Sequence record: NC_041916.1
DNA: 64,000 bases
Strand: one strand, 5' to 3'
This document shows positions 47,701 to 56,871 of the stretch, piece by piece. The notes below the pieces were generated by a model that was given only the letters and a program-made list of their open reading frames with translations, was not told where the DNA came from and searched no databases. The first letter of the stretch is position 1. Every line of letters begins with the position of its first letter. The translations under genes and the position numbers were made by a program.

Positions 47701-48014
47701 AGAGTTTGATAAGTCAACTCTAAGTCAGGTAGGTTTGGTTTTAGTTTGCGAATGGTCCAACCCACTGGCGCACCAGCGTATTCAGACAACTCGTCATCGA
47801 TGCTTGTGAAGTCGTAGTCTTCACCCTTCACCAACGGGTTAGGGTTACCTACGGCATAAACATCCAGAGACTCTAGAAAAAACGGTGCGTGCTTAGGAAC
47901 AACGATAATCGCACTTCGTTCATCCGCCGCTGGAATGCGTTCGCGAGGAATGTTGTTTTCTGGGGATTTCCCAGAGACATCCACACGGAATTGTTTAATT
48001 TCAGGGAGATTCAT
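44769..48014 (-). CDS. tail fibre/baseplate protein
   Basis: 1081 aa; shared N-terminal PKHAPFF..FDQILERPEHWIPKLHGH and DDPH motifs. Confidence 0.8.
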   Translation of the reverse strand: MNLPEIKQFRVDVSGKSPENNIPRERIPAADERSAIIVVPKHAPFFLESLDVYAVGNPNPLVKGEDYDFTSIDDELSEYAGAPVGWTIRKLKPNLPDLELTYQTLGTVPALTKTTKSWYESAAIDQRPVWFDQILERPEHWIPKLHGHDLASGFYYFQRLVRFYQERLDTLFGTSEMVPYRDWFLGQLSNLESYMIPYRTMMNYYTNKHYAHHDDPHRTTSRKVPGLDLIDPVKTATLREVDLGVSEQHRTLSAHAHRVIKAQGISVEDHVVPQFSKLALVGDTNHLRINRIATGLGDLKVSCWIGEDGKGYGLGEFWDEQGSAINHVVNPNPLDLNSLLAECQWKNTHIPFQLEGVNEPVTRMIPGGTGRCHIVGTKDRWYCRIAETHRSDLTPKVIELLVSGDFAENWSSYQMTVIDDHVWLTRTSDYLKNPTLIWYMVKLADVSQLALSEYTFSYKTLNDNTARNDSGKVLLFPRGFTGGKYTSGDMVFSKGVDLVDERQRIVLLPTFVDGLLHVEFILPEAFTYNGVTRRYSHAHMAKCQVNHATRKVTLTFTDTRSRPYVQTDLLFRPVPDANNYFEQIACQFPVTMGNLSGSVVMMDCEGFFGFGYAAPDEGSTYGYTFMPELYSVESIGRQWYLDVGTPWDTDRCGVRITKPVLPLDVNHPNGVQPYYGVMATSEKQGRTTLFKGWGVDGQRSWFVKTEFDDVGNRTVLGTAHQTPGFGGTITKVEGMDTDLCAGTYLSTMGTDFLMSVLSKTSKKPYLSLYSIVSNKGIKSQHYFKPTKAFLDLFGILPSDHWTFVSGRAHGFPDLMYVDRLVASEVRTTVHVFTMVDGVYSRVDEYLDYIPVTVLGAETLMSHTNKITTHTLPYGIKAALIPNPEVTLHAGSVNAYKDAQGVLTVVMCPKTQAGDEYEHVNLNSVLTVNANSTIQSLVSINGVKTPVNTYLTDELGWVNTDIPKQQQMKGLLNVGVTPPNLPSVPNKVSGNLPMAGLNTVLDTQHFTYYPPNISLGEHQQLIDLGWLNYDFRSLTPPQGEVTYTVVMETGYHGPYLWAVKGNVVNDGVVVVDTVTLNANGIK

Positions 48015-48094
48015 AATCTGTCCTTACGGGTGGTTCCTGTCACACCGTAAGGTGGAAGGAAATGAATAAAGAGTAACCGGCTGGTCAATATCAT
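48011..48094 (-). CDS. possible 27-aa upstream ORF coupled to the 1081-aa gene
   Basis: ATG at 48094 with a short AGGA; its TGA overlaps the downstream ATG; it spans a hairpin covering the downstream SD. Confidence 0.3.
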   Translation of the reverse strand: MILTSRLLFIHFLPPYGVTGTTRKDRL

Positions 48095-48163
48095 AAAATC
48101 CTAAATGCAGTAAATATTAAGCCCGAGGGTTCTTTCGAACCCCCAGACTCAATCAGCTTTAAA

Positions 48164-50614
48164 TTAACGCCATTCCCACAACGACCAACCACTCACAACA
48201 CCTGAAGCGATTTGACTACCTGAAATCCAAATACGACCCCATAATTGGTTACCAGCGAACCAGTATTGACGGAATTCCAAGCGGTGGTAACACGACCACC
48301 AACATGCGTTCGGGTTGTAAGCTTCCACGTTACCATCGGTTTCTAAGATCAACTTAAAGCGAGCTTCATCGAAACGACGACCGCCGCCTTTGATGCCCGT
48401 GTTAAAGTCACCACGGTAGATGTCCATCGAGGTACGGTTACCCGTTGCCAGACTCCAGCTGGATTTACCCGACTTGACCATCACCCACTTCTTGTTCTCT
48501 ACGTTACTTAGACCAATGTCAGATGCGGTTAACGTAATGTCAGAAGTCAGTGCTTTGCCATTAACTTTACGACCGGTAGGTACTTTGCCGTTTAATAAGT
48601 CGGTGGTCACTTTTTGTGACATGACCTTATTGGTAGCACTTCCCGCACCTTGTACGATGTCCGATGTGTTGAGCTTGGAGTTAAGACGAGTATCCGTCTC
48701 ACCTTTACTGTAAGCACCGACGTCAGATGATGACAAAGAGATGTTACCGCTTAATGGTTTGCCGTTAACCGTACGGTTGGTAGGAACACGACCTAGGATA
48801 GCGTCGTATACACCTTTTTGAGTAACCACATGTGCGGTACTCGTACCCATAGAGTTGGTCATTGACGACTTGAGAATGTAGTTATTATCTCGAGCGTTAA
48901 CTTCCGCTTTGGTGTATGCTCCAACGTCCCCTGCTGATAAGACAACGTTCCCTGTCAGTGGCTTACCGTTGATGGTGCGACTGGTAGGTACTTTGGTGTT
49001 CAGCTGATCAGTGACCCCTTTCTGAGTCATTACGTAAGCGGTACTAGATCCCAAAGAGCTCGTCATGTTAGACTTAGGAATGTAGTTACCCAGACGATTG
49101 TCTACTTCAGCTTTGCTGTAAGTACCAACATCACCGGGACTCAAAGTGATGTCAGACGTCAACGGTTTACCATTGACCTTTCGTCCAGTAGGAACACGGG
49201 TGTTAATCGCGTCCGTCACACCTTTCTGCGACATGGCGATTTCAGTGTTGGAACCGGTAGACTCACTCAACGCTGACTTCAATACTGCGGCGTCACGTAC
49301 TGCTTTATCTTTATTATCGATTTCGGATTTACTGTACGTACCCACATCTGAAGGACCCAGACTGATGTTGGTGGTTAACGGTTTGCCGTTGACGGTTCTC
49401 GAAGTTGGGACTTTAGCATTAAGCTGTTCGGTTACCACTTTTTGCGAGATGACTTTGTCGGTCGCGGTACCCGTAGCTTGTACCACGTTGACTTTGTCAA
49501 ATTTCTTCGCTAACTCATCATCGATGTATTTCTTAGAATACCCGCCCGTTTCTTCAGGACCTAAAGTAATGTCCGATGTTAGGGGTTTGCCGTTGATGGT
49601 ACGTGTGGTAGGAACCTTCTTCGCTAACTCTTCTGTCAACAGTTTTTGAGAAACCACGTTGACGATAGAACTGCCTAAGGCTTGAACCACTTCAGCTACA
49701 GCACCAGACTTCAATCCTAAGTTCAAACGAGCTTCACGTTGAGCCGCTGCACCACCGGCGTGGATCTCACTCAACAGTCCCTCTTTCGTTAGGAACATTG
49801 CTAACGCTTCTTTGATCGTCAGCATTGCGTCTGGGTCATCTCCTGCTTCTGGGTTCGTAGGGGTAGTGTCTGGAGTCAAACCTAAGTCATTTAGGATTTG
49901 CTCTGTCAACTTACGACCTTTAGCCAGCGTCAGATACAATTGATCGGAGTTACCCGCCAAGTCAGCATCCGTAGCAGGCGAATAGTTCGCCACTTTACCA
50001 AGGTTGAAATCGGCAGCGGTTGCACTAGGGTGAGCTAGCTTGAATGCTTTGTTGATGTGCTCAACTAACTCGGTCGCTACGGTCGGGTTGTTAAACTCGT
50101 CACGTTGACCTTTGTCTAGCTCAGTAAGAACATCGATCAGTTTTTGATAGTTGTACGTTAGATCGGGTTCGTGAGCATGGGGGTCAGCCGGGAAACCTTC
50201 CATAGGGAGGTTAACTACTTGACTCCAGTTCGCGATGCGATCGGTATGGATGATGCTGGCAGACAGATTGATAAAGTCTTGGTCAGACATCGTAAACGGT
50301 TCACCAAGTGTTTTGTAAGACTCGATTGTAAGCTGTCGGTTCTTACCACTACTTAGTAACGTCAGACCACCGTAAACGGTGCGGTTGTATTGTTTAATGA
50401 ACTCCACGAATGGGTACACGAATACAAAGTCTCGCCCCGGCTTAAGCTTGGCTCCCGTTTGCGCATCCTTAAGAACAAAATCTTTCTCAAAGAACGGACC
50501 ATAACGAGGGACCAGTAGGTCTCGCTCGTCACCTAAAGCTGTAACTGACTCATTCGGTACCAAACATTCCGGATTGTCCCCAAAGGGGTTCCAAGGATAA
50601 TTTAGGTAACTCAT
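48164..50614 (-). CDS. tail fibre protein with repeated shaft
   Basis: 816 aa; shared N-terminal domain (PRYGPFF, WSQVVNLP..FPADPHAH), six shaft repeats, short C-terminal tip. Confidence 0.88.
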   Translation of the reverse strand: MSYLNYPWNPFGDNPECLVPNESVTALGDERDLLVPRYGPFFEKDFVLKDAQTGAKLKPGRDFVFVYPFVEFIKQYNRTVYGGLTLLSSGKNRQLTIESYKTLGEPFTMSDQDFINLSASIIHTDRIANWSQVVNLPMEGFPADPHAHEPDLTYNYQKLIDVLTELDKGQRDEFNNPTVATELVEHINKAFKLAHPSATAADFNLGKVANYSPATDADLAGNSDQLYLTLAKGRKLTEQILNDLGLTPDTTPTNPEAGDDPDAMLTIKEALAMFLTKEGLLSEIHAGGAAAQREARLNLGLKSGAVAEVVQALGSSIVNVVSQKLLTEELAKKVPTTRTINGKPLTSDITLGPEETGGYSKKYIDDELAKKFDKVNVVQATGTATDKVISQKVVTEQLNAKVPTSRTVNGKPLTTNISLGPSDVGTYSKSEIDNKDKAVRDAAVLKSALSESTGSNTEIAMSQKGVTDAINTRVPTGRKVNGKPLTSDITLSPGDVGTYSKAEVDNRLGNYIPKSNMTSSLGSSTAYVMTQKGVTDQLNTKVPTSRTINGKPLTGNVVLSAGDVGAYTKAEVNARDNNYILKSSMTNSMGTSTAHVVTQKGVYDAILGRVPTNRTVNGKPLSGNISLSSSDVGAYSKGETDTRLNSKLNTSDIVQGAGSATNKVMSQKVTTDLLNGKVPTGRKVNGKALTSDITLTASDIGLSNVENKKWVMVKSGKSSWSLATGNRTSMDIYRGDFNTGIKGGGRRFDEARFKLILETDGNVEAYNPNACWWSCYHRLEFRQYWFAGNQLWGRIWISGSQIASGVVSGWSLWEWR
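48500..49690 (-). repeat. six ~68-aa (~204 bp) coding repeats
   Basis: Recurring (S/T)QK.VT..L..KVPT.R.(I/V)NGKPL..(D/N)I.L...D(V/I)G.YSK. Confidence 0.9.
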
Positions 50615-50692
50615 AACAAAGGCCTTATGTTAGTGTCAAATCGTCCAAGTATCGAAACGATTCTATAGAATTCACCTAGGAGACAATCTATA

Positions 50693-51928
50693 ATGTATCT
50701 TTTCAGACGAGCTATCGGGGCCTTCCAAGGAGACTTGGCTGGTCTGCAACCGCTCAAGATAGAAAACGCGAAGCTTAGTGACGTGGTATCCAAAACCCGA
50801 GCGTTGTTTATCACGGTTTACGACAAGCTATTACTTAAAGAAATCACGATCGATATGAAAGAGTATCGTACCGAGACCATCGTGTTCAAAGGGACAGTTC
50901 AAGATTGGTTGGACACCAAAGAGAAAATACCGTTGAAGACGTTCACCGGCAAGATTGGTGAGAAGTATTATTACGTTCGCGCAGAAGACATGCAACTCAT
51001 GGGTTATAAAGTTCTTCCTGCCCGATTGGATTTGGCAGCGGGTCGACAACCCCAAGTCACCGCAGTGGGTGCTAAAGATATTTTAGTGAAGCACATCGAA
51101 GTTGCTAATCCTAATTATCCACTATTTGTACAAACGACGTTGTTTACTTACAACGGCTACTTTGTACGAGCTCACGGAAGACCAGACGGCATTTATTTAG
51201 AAGGTGCGGGTAAGAACTTCCAGATCAATGATCGAGGTCACGTTGGCGCTTTAGACTTTAAAGGAATCAGTAAAGTGGAGACACTTCCCTTTAAAGCGGA
51301 GTCCATGGACATTGATCTTAACAAACACGCCGTGTACGTTACGTTAGACCGTGATGTTTTACACGAGACCATCTGGTTTGTAGTCGCCGGTAAATTGATT
51401 TGCGGTGCCCCTGCGGTTGCCAAAACAGGTCATAACACCATTCGTATAGATTTACGTGCTTTAGACTTAGGTCGTTTATTGATTCAGTCTGCTAAGCACA
51501 TTGACTTGGATAATATCGCCAATTGTAAAAGTGGTATTGTCGAAGCTGGGCTCTTAGAGAAACCTAAGACCATCGAGGAGTTGTTCACCAACTTTAACAG
51601 TTTCTTAGTAGTGCTGTCGAATCCTTATATTGGGGTTGACATCTCTCCTTTGGAACAATATACGTTCCCAACGACTTTCGCAACGGAAGATCGTTTCCAC
51701 CATCCCGTGATGTTTTCTGATGGACGTTTCCCAACGTACCGACATCGCGATGGAGCAGGACGTAGACTGTTAGATTTTGATGTACGGCTGTTAGATGTCC
51801 CTATGGATTATTCGACGGGGCCTAAGAACGGGGGTGACTTGTATCACGATAAAGTGAACTGGTCCCATCCTCATACTCTGGTTGAAGCTTATCACTTCAA
51901 AATCTATTCGATATTCAAGGATCTATGA
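50693..51928 (+). CDS. probable virion structural protein (phiKZ-like)
   Basis: 411 aa, AGGAG SD, located in the tail cluster; function by context only. Confidence 0.7.
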   Translation: MYLFRRAIGAFQGDLAGLQPLKIENAKLSDVVSKTRALFITVYDKLLLKEITIDMKEYRTETIVFKGTVQDWLDTKEKIPLKTFTGKIGEKYYYVRAEDMQLMGYKVLPARLDLAAGRQPQVTAVGAKDILVKHIEVANPNYPLFVQTTLFTYNGYFVRAHGRPDGIYLEGAGKNFQINDRGHVGALDFKGISKVETLPFKAESMDIDLNKHAVYVTLDRDVLHETIWFVVAGKLICGAPAVAKTGHNTIRIDLRALDLGRLLIQSAKHIDLDNIANCKSGIVEAGLLEKPKTIEELFTNFNSFLVVLSNPYIGVDISPLEQYTFPTTFATEDRFHHPVMFSDGRFPTYRHRDGAGRRLLDFDVRLLDVPMDYSTGPKNGGDLYHDKVNWSHPHTLVEAYHFKIYSIFKDL

Positions 51929-52311
51929 TTATGCCTGATCAAGACAAAAGCATGGCGTGGAGTACCGTACAGTTCGGTACTATCGTCGGGTTACTAATCG
52001 TTATCGTGTTGTTAAGCACAGCCAACGTTTTCTCAAGTCGTTCCAATGGAATGTCTGACAAAACCATTGATCGAATGGAGGGGGTAATTAAATCCCTTCA
52101 GGAACTCAATGAAGAGTCGCGTGACTTGGTGAAACAAAATCGTGCCAGCAATCTAGCGTTAAGTCAATTCTTAGAGGAAAAGAGAGCTGACCGCAGTACC
52201 ACGTACAATGAGTTAATGTCTAAGTATCAAACTGAAATGGAAGGAGTAATACCTAGTGTCCCTATTAAAACTGCTCCAGTGGGGGAGCATACTGAGATTC
52301 CTGATAAGTAA
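51925..52311 (+). CDS. putative i-spanin (Rz-like)
   Basis: Single N-terminal TM (FGTIVGLLIVIVLLS) followed by a coiled coil; overlaps a lipoprotein gene. Confidence 0.65.
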   Translation: MIMPDQDKSMAWSTVQFGTIVGLLIVIVLLSTANVFSSRSNGMSDKTIDRMEGVIKSLQELNEESRDLVKQNRASNLALSQFLEEKRADRSTTYNELMSKYQTEMEGVIPSVPIKTAPVGEHTEIPDK

Positions 52312-52753
52312 GCTAGGTCTGCTTACGGTCGTTATTCTGGTAGCGTTGTTTGCGCTTCTGGGATGTAGTAGTCAACCTAGTTTTGAAGAAGGTTCGGCTC
52401 AACTTAAAGTTGAAACCGAAATTGCTAAGATGGATGTAATCCGTGCCAACATTGGTTCGTTAAGAAGCAGTGTCGTCGACATCCCCTCTTACTTAAAGGA
52501 AGATCCCCCTAGCTTTCCCCCTAGTGAACTGGAGGCTTTAAAGTTGTTCCTTGACACTCAGAAATGTCAAGGTGACCCGGTTCCCAAAAGTTGCTTGTTA
52601 ACCACCGTGATTTATTCGATCGAGCTGGCTAACCGAGCTGATGACGGTAGCGAAAAACTCCACGGAGCAAAAGTTACGGTGAATCAGCTTATCCGAACGC
52701 TGGACCGCATCTACGCCATATTAGAAGCGCAACCTCCGGATGACAGCAAGTAA
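52256..52753 (+). CDS. putative o-spanin lipoprotein (Rz1-like)
   Basis: Hydrophobic signal ending in lipobox LLG-C then SSQ; Pro-rich stretch; GTG start with AGGAG SD. Confidence 0.65.
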   Translation: MSLLKLLQWGSILRFLISKLGLLTVVILVALFALLGCSSQPSFEEGSAQLKVETEIAKMDVIRANIGSLRSSVVDIPSYLKEDPPSFPPSELEALKLFLDTQKCQGDPVPKSCLLTTVIYSIELANRADDGSEKLHGAKVTVNQLIRTLDRIYAILEAQPPDDSK

Positions 52754-52770
52754 TCTGCAAATTGCATAGA

Positions 52771-52802
52771 AACTCCCTACCTCCTTTCGGGGGTAGGGAG
52801 TT
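52771..52802. terminator. bidirectional terminator (CTACC family)
   Basis: AACTCCCTACCTCC/GGGGGTAGGGAGTT between convergent genes. Confidence 0.8.
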
Positions 52803-52816
52803 GTTTTGCTTTTTGA

Positions 52817-53185
52817 TTAAGGAGGAGCCTTTCCAGAATCCTGTGGTTTGGTATTAGGTTCCAAAAATCCCCGCAGCCGATCTTTAAGATTCACCGCATT
52901 TGGATCGTTAGAACTGAAGAGTAGTGACAACAGTTTGTTTACACTCATGTATTGCCATGCTATCGCGATTGGTCCGAACGTGATCAAGAACACCGTCATG
53001 TCACTCGGCCAACCTTTCCCAGCCTTTACTGACTCCACGATAGATCCCATACCAGAGTAAGAGACCCAACATGTCGTAAGCACCGCGATAATCCCACACA
53101 AGGTGCGGAAACGCGTACCCCACTTACCTAACACGATACCTTCAGTGGATTGGATAGGTTCTTCTTTTTTATTGGACGTTTCCAT
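52817..53185 (-). CDS. membrane protein, holin candidate
   Basis: 122 aa, two hydrophobic helices, charged termini, next to the spanin pair. Confidence 0.5.
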   Translation of the reverse strand: METSNKKEEPIQSTEGIVLGKWGTRFRTLCGIIAVLTTCWVSYSGMGSIVESVKAGKGWPSDMTVFLITFGPIAIAWQYMSVNKLLSLLFSSNDPNAVNLKDRLRGFLEPNTKPQDSGKAPP

Positions 53186-53768
53186 AGAACTTACCTCGGT
53201 CTATAGCGATTCTTTCACAAACGTTTAAGTTTATCGCTATAGCATCGATGGAGTGCTCATCTAGGACGTCTAAGTCGTGTCCGTTGAGATCAATCGCCTT
53301 GTACTTCTTGATCCCTTTGGTCACGTCTTCTTTTTGTGTTCCTTTGAAGTTCGCACCCACTGTCTCTTTGGCAGCGCGCGGAGGAACGTTAACCATGTAG
53401 AGTCCTTCTCCGTAGGATTCGGTTTCCATACGTAAAAGGGACACGGCTTCTATTAACCGTTTAAAGGTGTCTGGGGACGCTCCTAAGAAGTTATCCTCAC
53501 ACACCGCAATAGTAGGTTTAAAAAACTCTAAGAGTTGGCGATAGCTCTTAGAGAGACCGTGAATGCGTGATTGCACCGCACCGTCGTCGTCATAATTAAC
53601 TGAACCGTAATGCTCAAGTTTTTCACCGTGGATGGTTTCCACCCATTGGAGTTTAAACTTCTCAGTTTCAGCCAAGTTAATGTCGATGATAGATACACCC
53701 ATACGTTTTGTCGATGGGTCTATCGCAATAGATCTTACCCAACCGTCGGCCAGTGGAATCGTTATCAT
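53169..53768 (-). CDS. ruvC: RuvC-like Holliday junction resolvase
   Basis: IAIDPS, VCED, PPRAAKETVG, QKEDV, DEHSIDAIAI acidic tetrad. Confidence 0.85.
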   Translation of the reverse strand: MITIPLADGWVRSIAIDPSTKRMGVSIIDINLAETEKFKLQWVETIHGEKLEHYGSVNYDDDGAVQSRIHGLSKSYRQLLEFFKPTIAVCEDNFLGASPDTFKRLIEAVSLLRMETESYGEGLYMVNVPPRAAKETVGANFKGTQKEDVTKGIKKYKAIDLNGHDLDVLDEHSIDAIAINLNVCERIAIDRGKFYGNVQ

Positions 53769-54679
53769 TCTTCCAAGAGCATTGGGTATGCTCCGCCTAG
53801 GTCAAATTTCAATACGATCTCACCGTTCGCGTTGGCGTCGCGAGCATGGCGTTCTGATACTACGTATTGAGTTACTGCCGAAATCAGTTCTTTGTAACGG
53901 AAAGTCGTACCGCCAGCACCTTGACCTTCGGTAGTGGATTCAATCCCCCACACGATTTGGTATTCGCTGATCGCTGCCAGTGATGGGTCACCAAACAACA
54001 AACGACATACGTTACGGAGTTCTTCTAGTTGACTGCCCGATAGAGACAAATCCAGAATGCCGGAAGACATTAGGAACGTGTTCGATAGTGGAACCGTACC
54101 ATCTGAATTCAACGAAATAGGAGTAGGGTTCAAAGACTCTTGACGGTACACGTAGTCTTCAGGAACTTCGTTACCTGTTGCCGGGTTACGGTAACCACGT
54201 TTGGTCTTAGGAATGAATTCGTCCGTGCCAACGGTGTGTAGCCAGTAGAACGCCGTAGGAACACCGTCGATGATCTTAACCGTACGCATACGGTAAGGTT
54301 CACGTTCTTGTTGTGTCAAGTCATCATCCAGAGGACGAGCACACATTGGAATAGAATAGAACAAGTTCTGGTCGAACGGTTGGTGTTGGTTAGTGTAGTT
54401 CACCGGGATTTGAGTCACTGGGTGATTACCAACGATTTGGTAACCTTTGATGCCCACACCAAAATAACCTAGACGGAAGTCACCGCCGTTTTTAACACCT
54501 AGTGATTTAGACGCTTCTACTTCGTGGTGTTCATTCAGAGTAGTGTTAGGCGGAATGTTCAAAGATTGATCACACGCTTTGGCGATCATGATGTTCGTAC
54601 CCATAGGTTGGATACTCACCATTTGAGCAGGAACGCGGGAGTTATCAGACTCTCTGATAATATCGTTTTCGGTTGCCAT
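53765..54679 (-). CDS. probable virion structural protein
   Basis: 304 aa; PNTTLNE and LGYFGVGIKG motifs of the type seen in phiKZ-like tail-cluster proteins; context. Confidence 0.7.
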   Translation of the reverse strand: MATENDIIRESDNSRVPAQMVSIQPMGTNIMIAKACDQSLNIPPNTTLNEHHEVEASKSLGVKNGGDFRLGYFGVGIKGYQIVGNHPVTQIPVNYTNQHQPFDQNLFYSIPMCARPLDDDLTQQEREPYRMRTVKIIDGVPTAFYWLHTVGTDEFIPKTKRGYRNPATGNEVPEDYVYRQESLNPTPISLNSDGTVPLSNTFLMSSGILDLSLSGSQLEELRNVCRLLFGDPSLAAISEYQIVWGIESTTEGQGAGGTTFRYKELISAVTQYVVSERHARDANANGEIVLKFDLGGAYPMLLEE

Positions 54680-54742
54680 GTTAAAGTGGTCCTTTAAGTT
54701 CTAGTAGAATAGTCTGTCATACCATTACAGTATGGGTAAAAG

Positions 54743-56851
54743 TTAATAAGCCCAAGTTGCTTCACGAATCCCCACGGAAGTAGGAATACGGATGGTTGCC
54801 GCTCGGTCCACAGGAATCTCTTTCAGCTGGATGTTTACTTCACCGTGCAGATTACCCGTCATTTGAATGTCGAGAGTTTCAGCGTGGTTTCGTTTATCAG
54901 TAATCTTAGCTGCCGTAACCAGTCCGTGTTTTGGATGTGCTTTAATGTGCACCGGTAGGTTAGGTGTTAATAGATGGTCACCACTGTTGCTGATCTTGTT
55001 ATCGCCAGTAATCCCTAAATGAACCACATCAGTACTTTCGGCGGTGTTGTTGCCATCGTCGATGTCTTTAATGAACTGCACCGTATAAGAGCTCAGTTCC
55101 GCCATCAGAGACACAAGGTTACTTTGTATTTGACGAAGTGAAACAATACCCTTAACGTCCCAACCGGTTGCTTTAGAGAAGATGTCCCAACTTAACTCAA
55201 TGAGGTCAGTTCCAGTGTATTTGTGTAAATTGAGTTCTCGGTTCTCTAACCAAGAATCCACTGTAGGGAATTCTTCTTTATCATGCAACCAATACAACCC
55301 GTGATCGTACAAGCGACGGACGCACTCTTTGGTGTAAGCATGTTCATACAACTCGTCGTGCTGAGCGTAGATCTTTTTGGCTTTCCATTTGGCTTGGTGA
55401 ATGTCAAACGACTGCTCAAAGAACTTATCCGGTGAAATGACCTTCAGTGTAGGTATCCATTGTTTACGTATTCCCACTACAGTTTCGTGATGAAGAATGT
55501 CTTTAGGACCTGCGGCTTGGAACACTTCATGAGGACGAAGTTCTTTGGTCATGACGTCTTGGAACCAGAATGGGTCGATGGCTTCCAGAGGTTCACCACG
55601 GAGCTTTCTGGTTAAGAGTTGCCAGTAGATCAACGCTTCTCTAGTGCTTAAACGAATGTGGTTGCCGTTGAGCGGGTCTATGAAGTCCACCACGGCGTCA
55701 TACAGACCGTGCTTAGTCATGTATATCCATTCGTGGTAAAGTGTCTTCATCAACGTGTCAGCGTGACGGTTGGTGTAATCTTCCATGGTAGAGTCTAGGA
55801 CTTTAGTAGAAAGATTGTTAAATGTGGATTCTTCGGATTCCGGAGCGGTGATCTCTTCGTAGTATTCCGCCATTAACTCGTTATCACGTGCCATGCCTTT
55901 TTCTAAGTTGATGATCTGACGGTTGGTGTATCGTTCACCAGTGTCGTAATCCAACTCTTTGAAGTTGAGGCGTTCTTTGATAAAGAGTCCTTTAGGTTTC
56001 CCTACTTCTTCCATATCTTCCGTGTTGATCAAAGTACGATAGTGGAAAATAGGAATCGATTCAGGAGTCAACAGATTTTCAATCAACTGTTCCAAGGTGA
56101 AGTTCTTACCAAGGTTGTTGGTGATGTACTCGATGTTACGGTACAACCACATTTTCTGTTGATTCGAAATACCGTTACGGTAAACACGGAAATCACCATA
56201 AGAGTTCAATCGATTCCAAACGTGGTAGTCTGAAACGTTGCGAGTTCCGAAGGCTTCTAACCGTGATATCAATATAAGGGGAATCATTAACCCATACAAA
56301 GTAGCTAGGTCAATGGCGAGTTGTAAGTTCTCGGTGTGAATGTAATCGGAATCAAAGTGACGCTGCGTATAAGCGTTGATCCAACGTTGTAGACTAGGAA
56401 TCAGTTGATCTTCGTTGGATTCGATAAGATCTTTGTTATAACGAAGGATCTTATAGTCTTCGGCTCCAATAGCGTATTCCATATCAATGGGATCCATAAT
56501 CCCGTTGATTAAGTCGATTTGTCCCGGATGTTGTTCGGACAATTGTTTATACCAGTAAGACCCCGGTTGATACGCCCGGCGAGTAGCCAAGTGGATATCT
56601 AAGTTGGTCTTGTTAAACAAAATCAGTTCACCGTTATCTATAGAGGTAACGTACATCGGGATATCAGTTGCGTGGTATTCTCCGGTCATATTGAGATAAT
56701 AACGCCACTGGCGTTTATCTTCAGATACCGGATAACCCGCGTCTGCTAATAACTTGTTATCGGTGACGCCAATGGCTTCACATTTGATAACGAGTGTTCG
56801 CACCAGACTGAATACGCTCTCCACGTGGGCGTTAAATTCAATATTTTCCAT
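54743..56851 (-). CDS. probable virion structural (baseplate-type) protein
   Basis: 702 aa; YYLNMTGEYHATD motif; divergent from the portal candidate as in phiKZ-like gene order. Confidence 0.7.
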   Translation of the reverse strand: MENIEFNAHVESVFSLVRTLVIKCEAIGVTDNKLLADAGYPVSEDKRQWRYYLNMTGEYHATDIPMYVTSIDNGELILFNKTNLDIHLATRRAYQPGSYWYKQLSEQHPGQIDLINGIMDPIDMEYAIGAEDYKILRYNKDLIESNEDQLIPSLQRWINAYTQRHFDSDYIHTENLQLAIDLATLYGLMIPLILISRLEAFGTRNVSDYHVWNRLNSYGDFRVYRNGISNQQKMWLYRNIEYITNNLGKNFTLEQLIENLLTPESIPIFHYRTLINTEDMEEVGKPKGLFIKERLNFKELDYDTGERYTNRQIINLEKGMARDNELMAEYYEEITAPESEESTFNNLSTKVLDSTMEDYTNRHADTLMKTLYHEWIYMTKHGLYDAVVDFIDPLNGNHIRLSTREALIYWQLLTRKLRGEPLEAIDPFWFQDVMTKELRPHEVFQAAGPKDILHHETVVGIRKQWIPTLKVISPDKFFEQSFDIHQAKWKAKKIYAQHDELYEHAYTKECVRRLYDHGLYWLHDKEEFPTVDSWLENRELNLHKYTGTDLIELSWDIFSKATGWDVKGIVSLRQIQSNLVSLMAELSSYTVQFIKDIDDGNNTAESTDVVHLGITGDNKISNSGDHLLTPNLPVHIKAHPKHGLVTAAKITDKRNHAETLDIQMTGNLHGEVNIQLKEIPVDRAATIRIPTSVGIREATWAY

Positions 56852-56871
56852 AATTTATCCAAGAGGGTGTT

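Noticed and set aside
48420-49649. Plus-strand ORFs of 97 and 167 aa with internal repeats
   Set aside because: Their repeats simply mirror the tail-fibre repeats on the minus strand
48500-49690. Repeats considered as a CRISPR array or a diversity-generating retroelement TR/VR pair
   Set aside because: They are in-frame, degenerate coding repeats with no unique spacers, no adenine-specific variation and no reverse transcriptase or cas gene in the window
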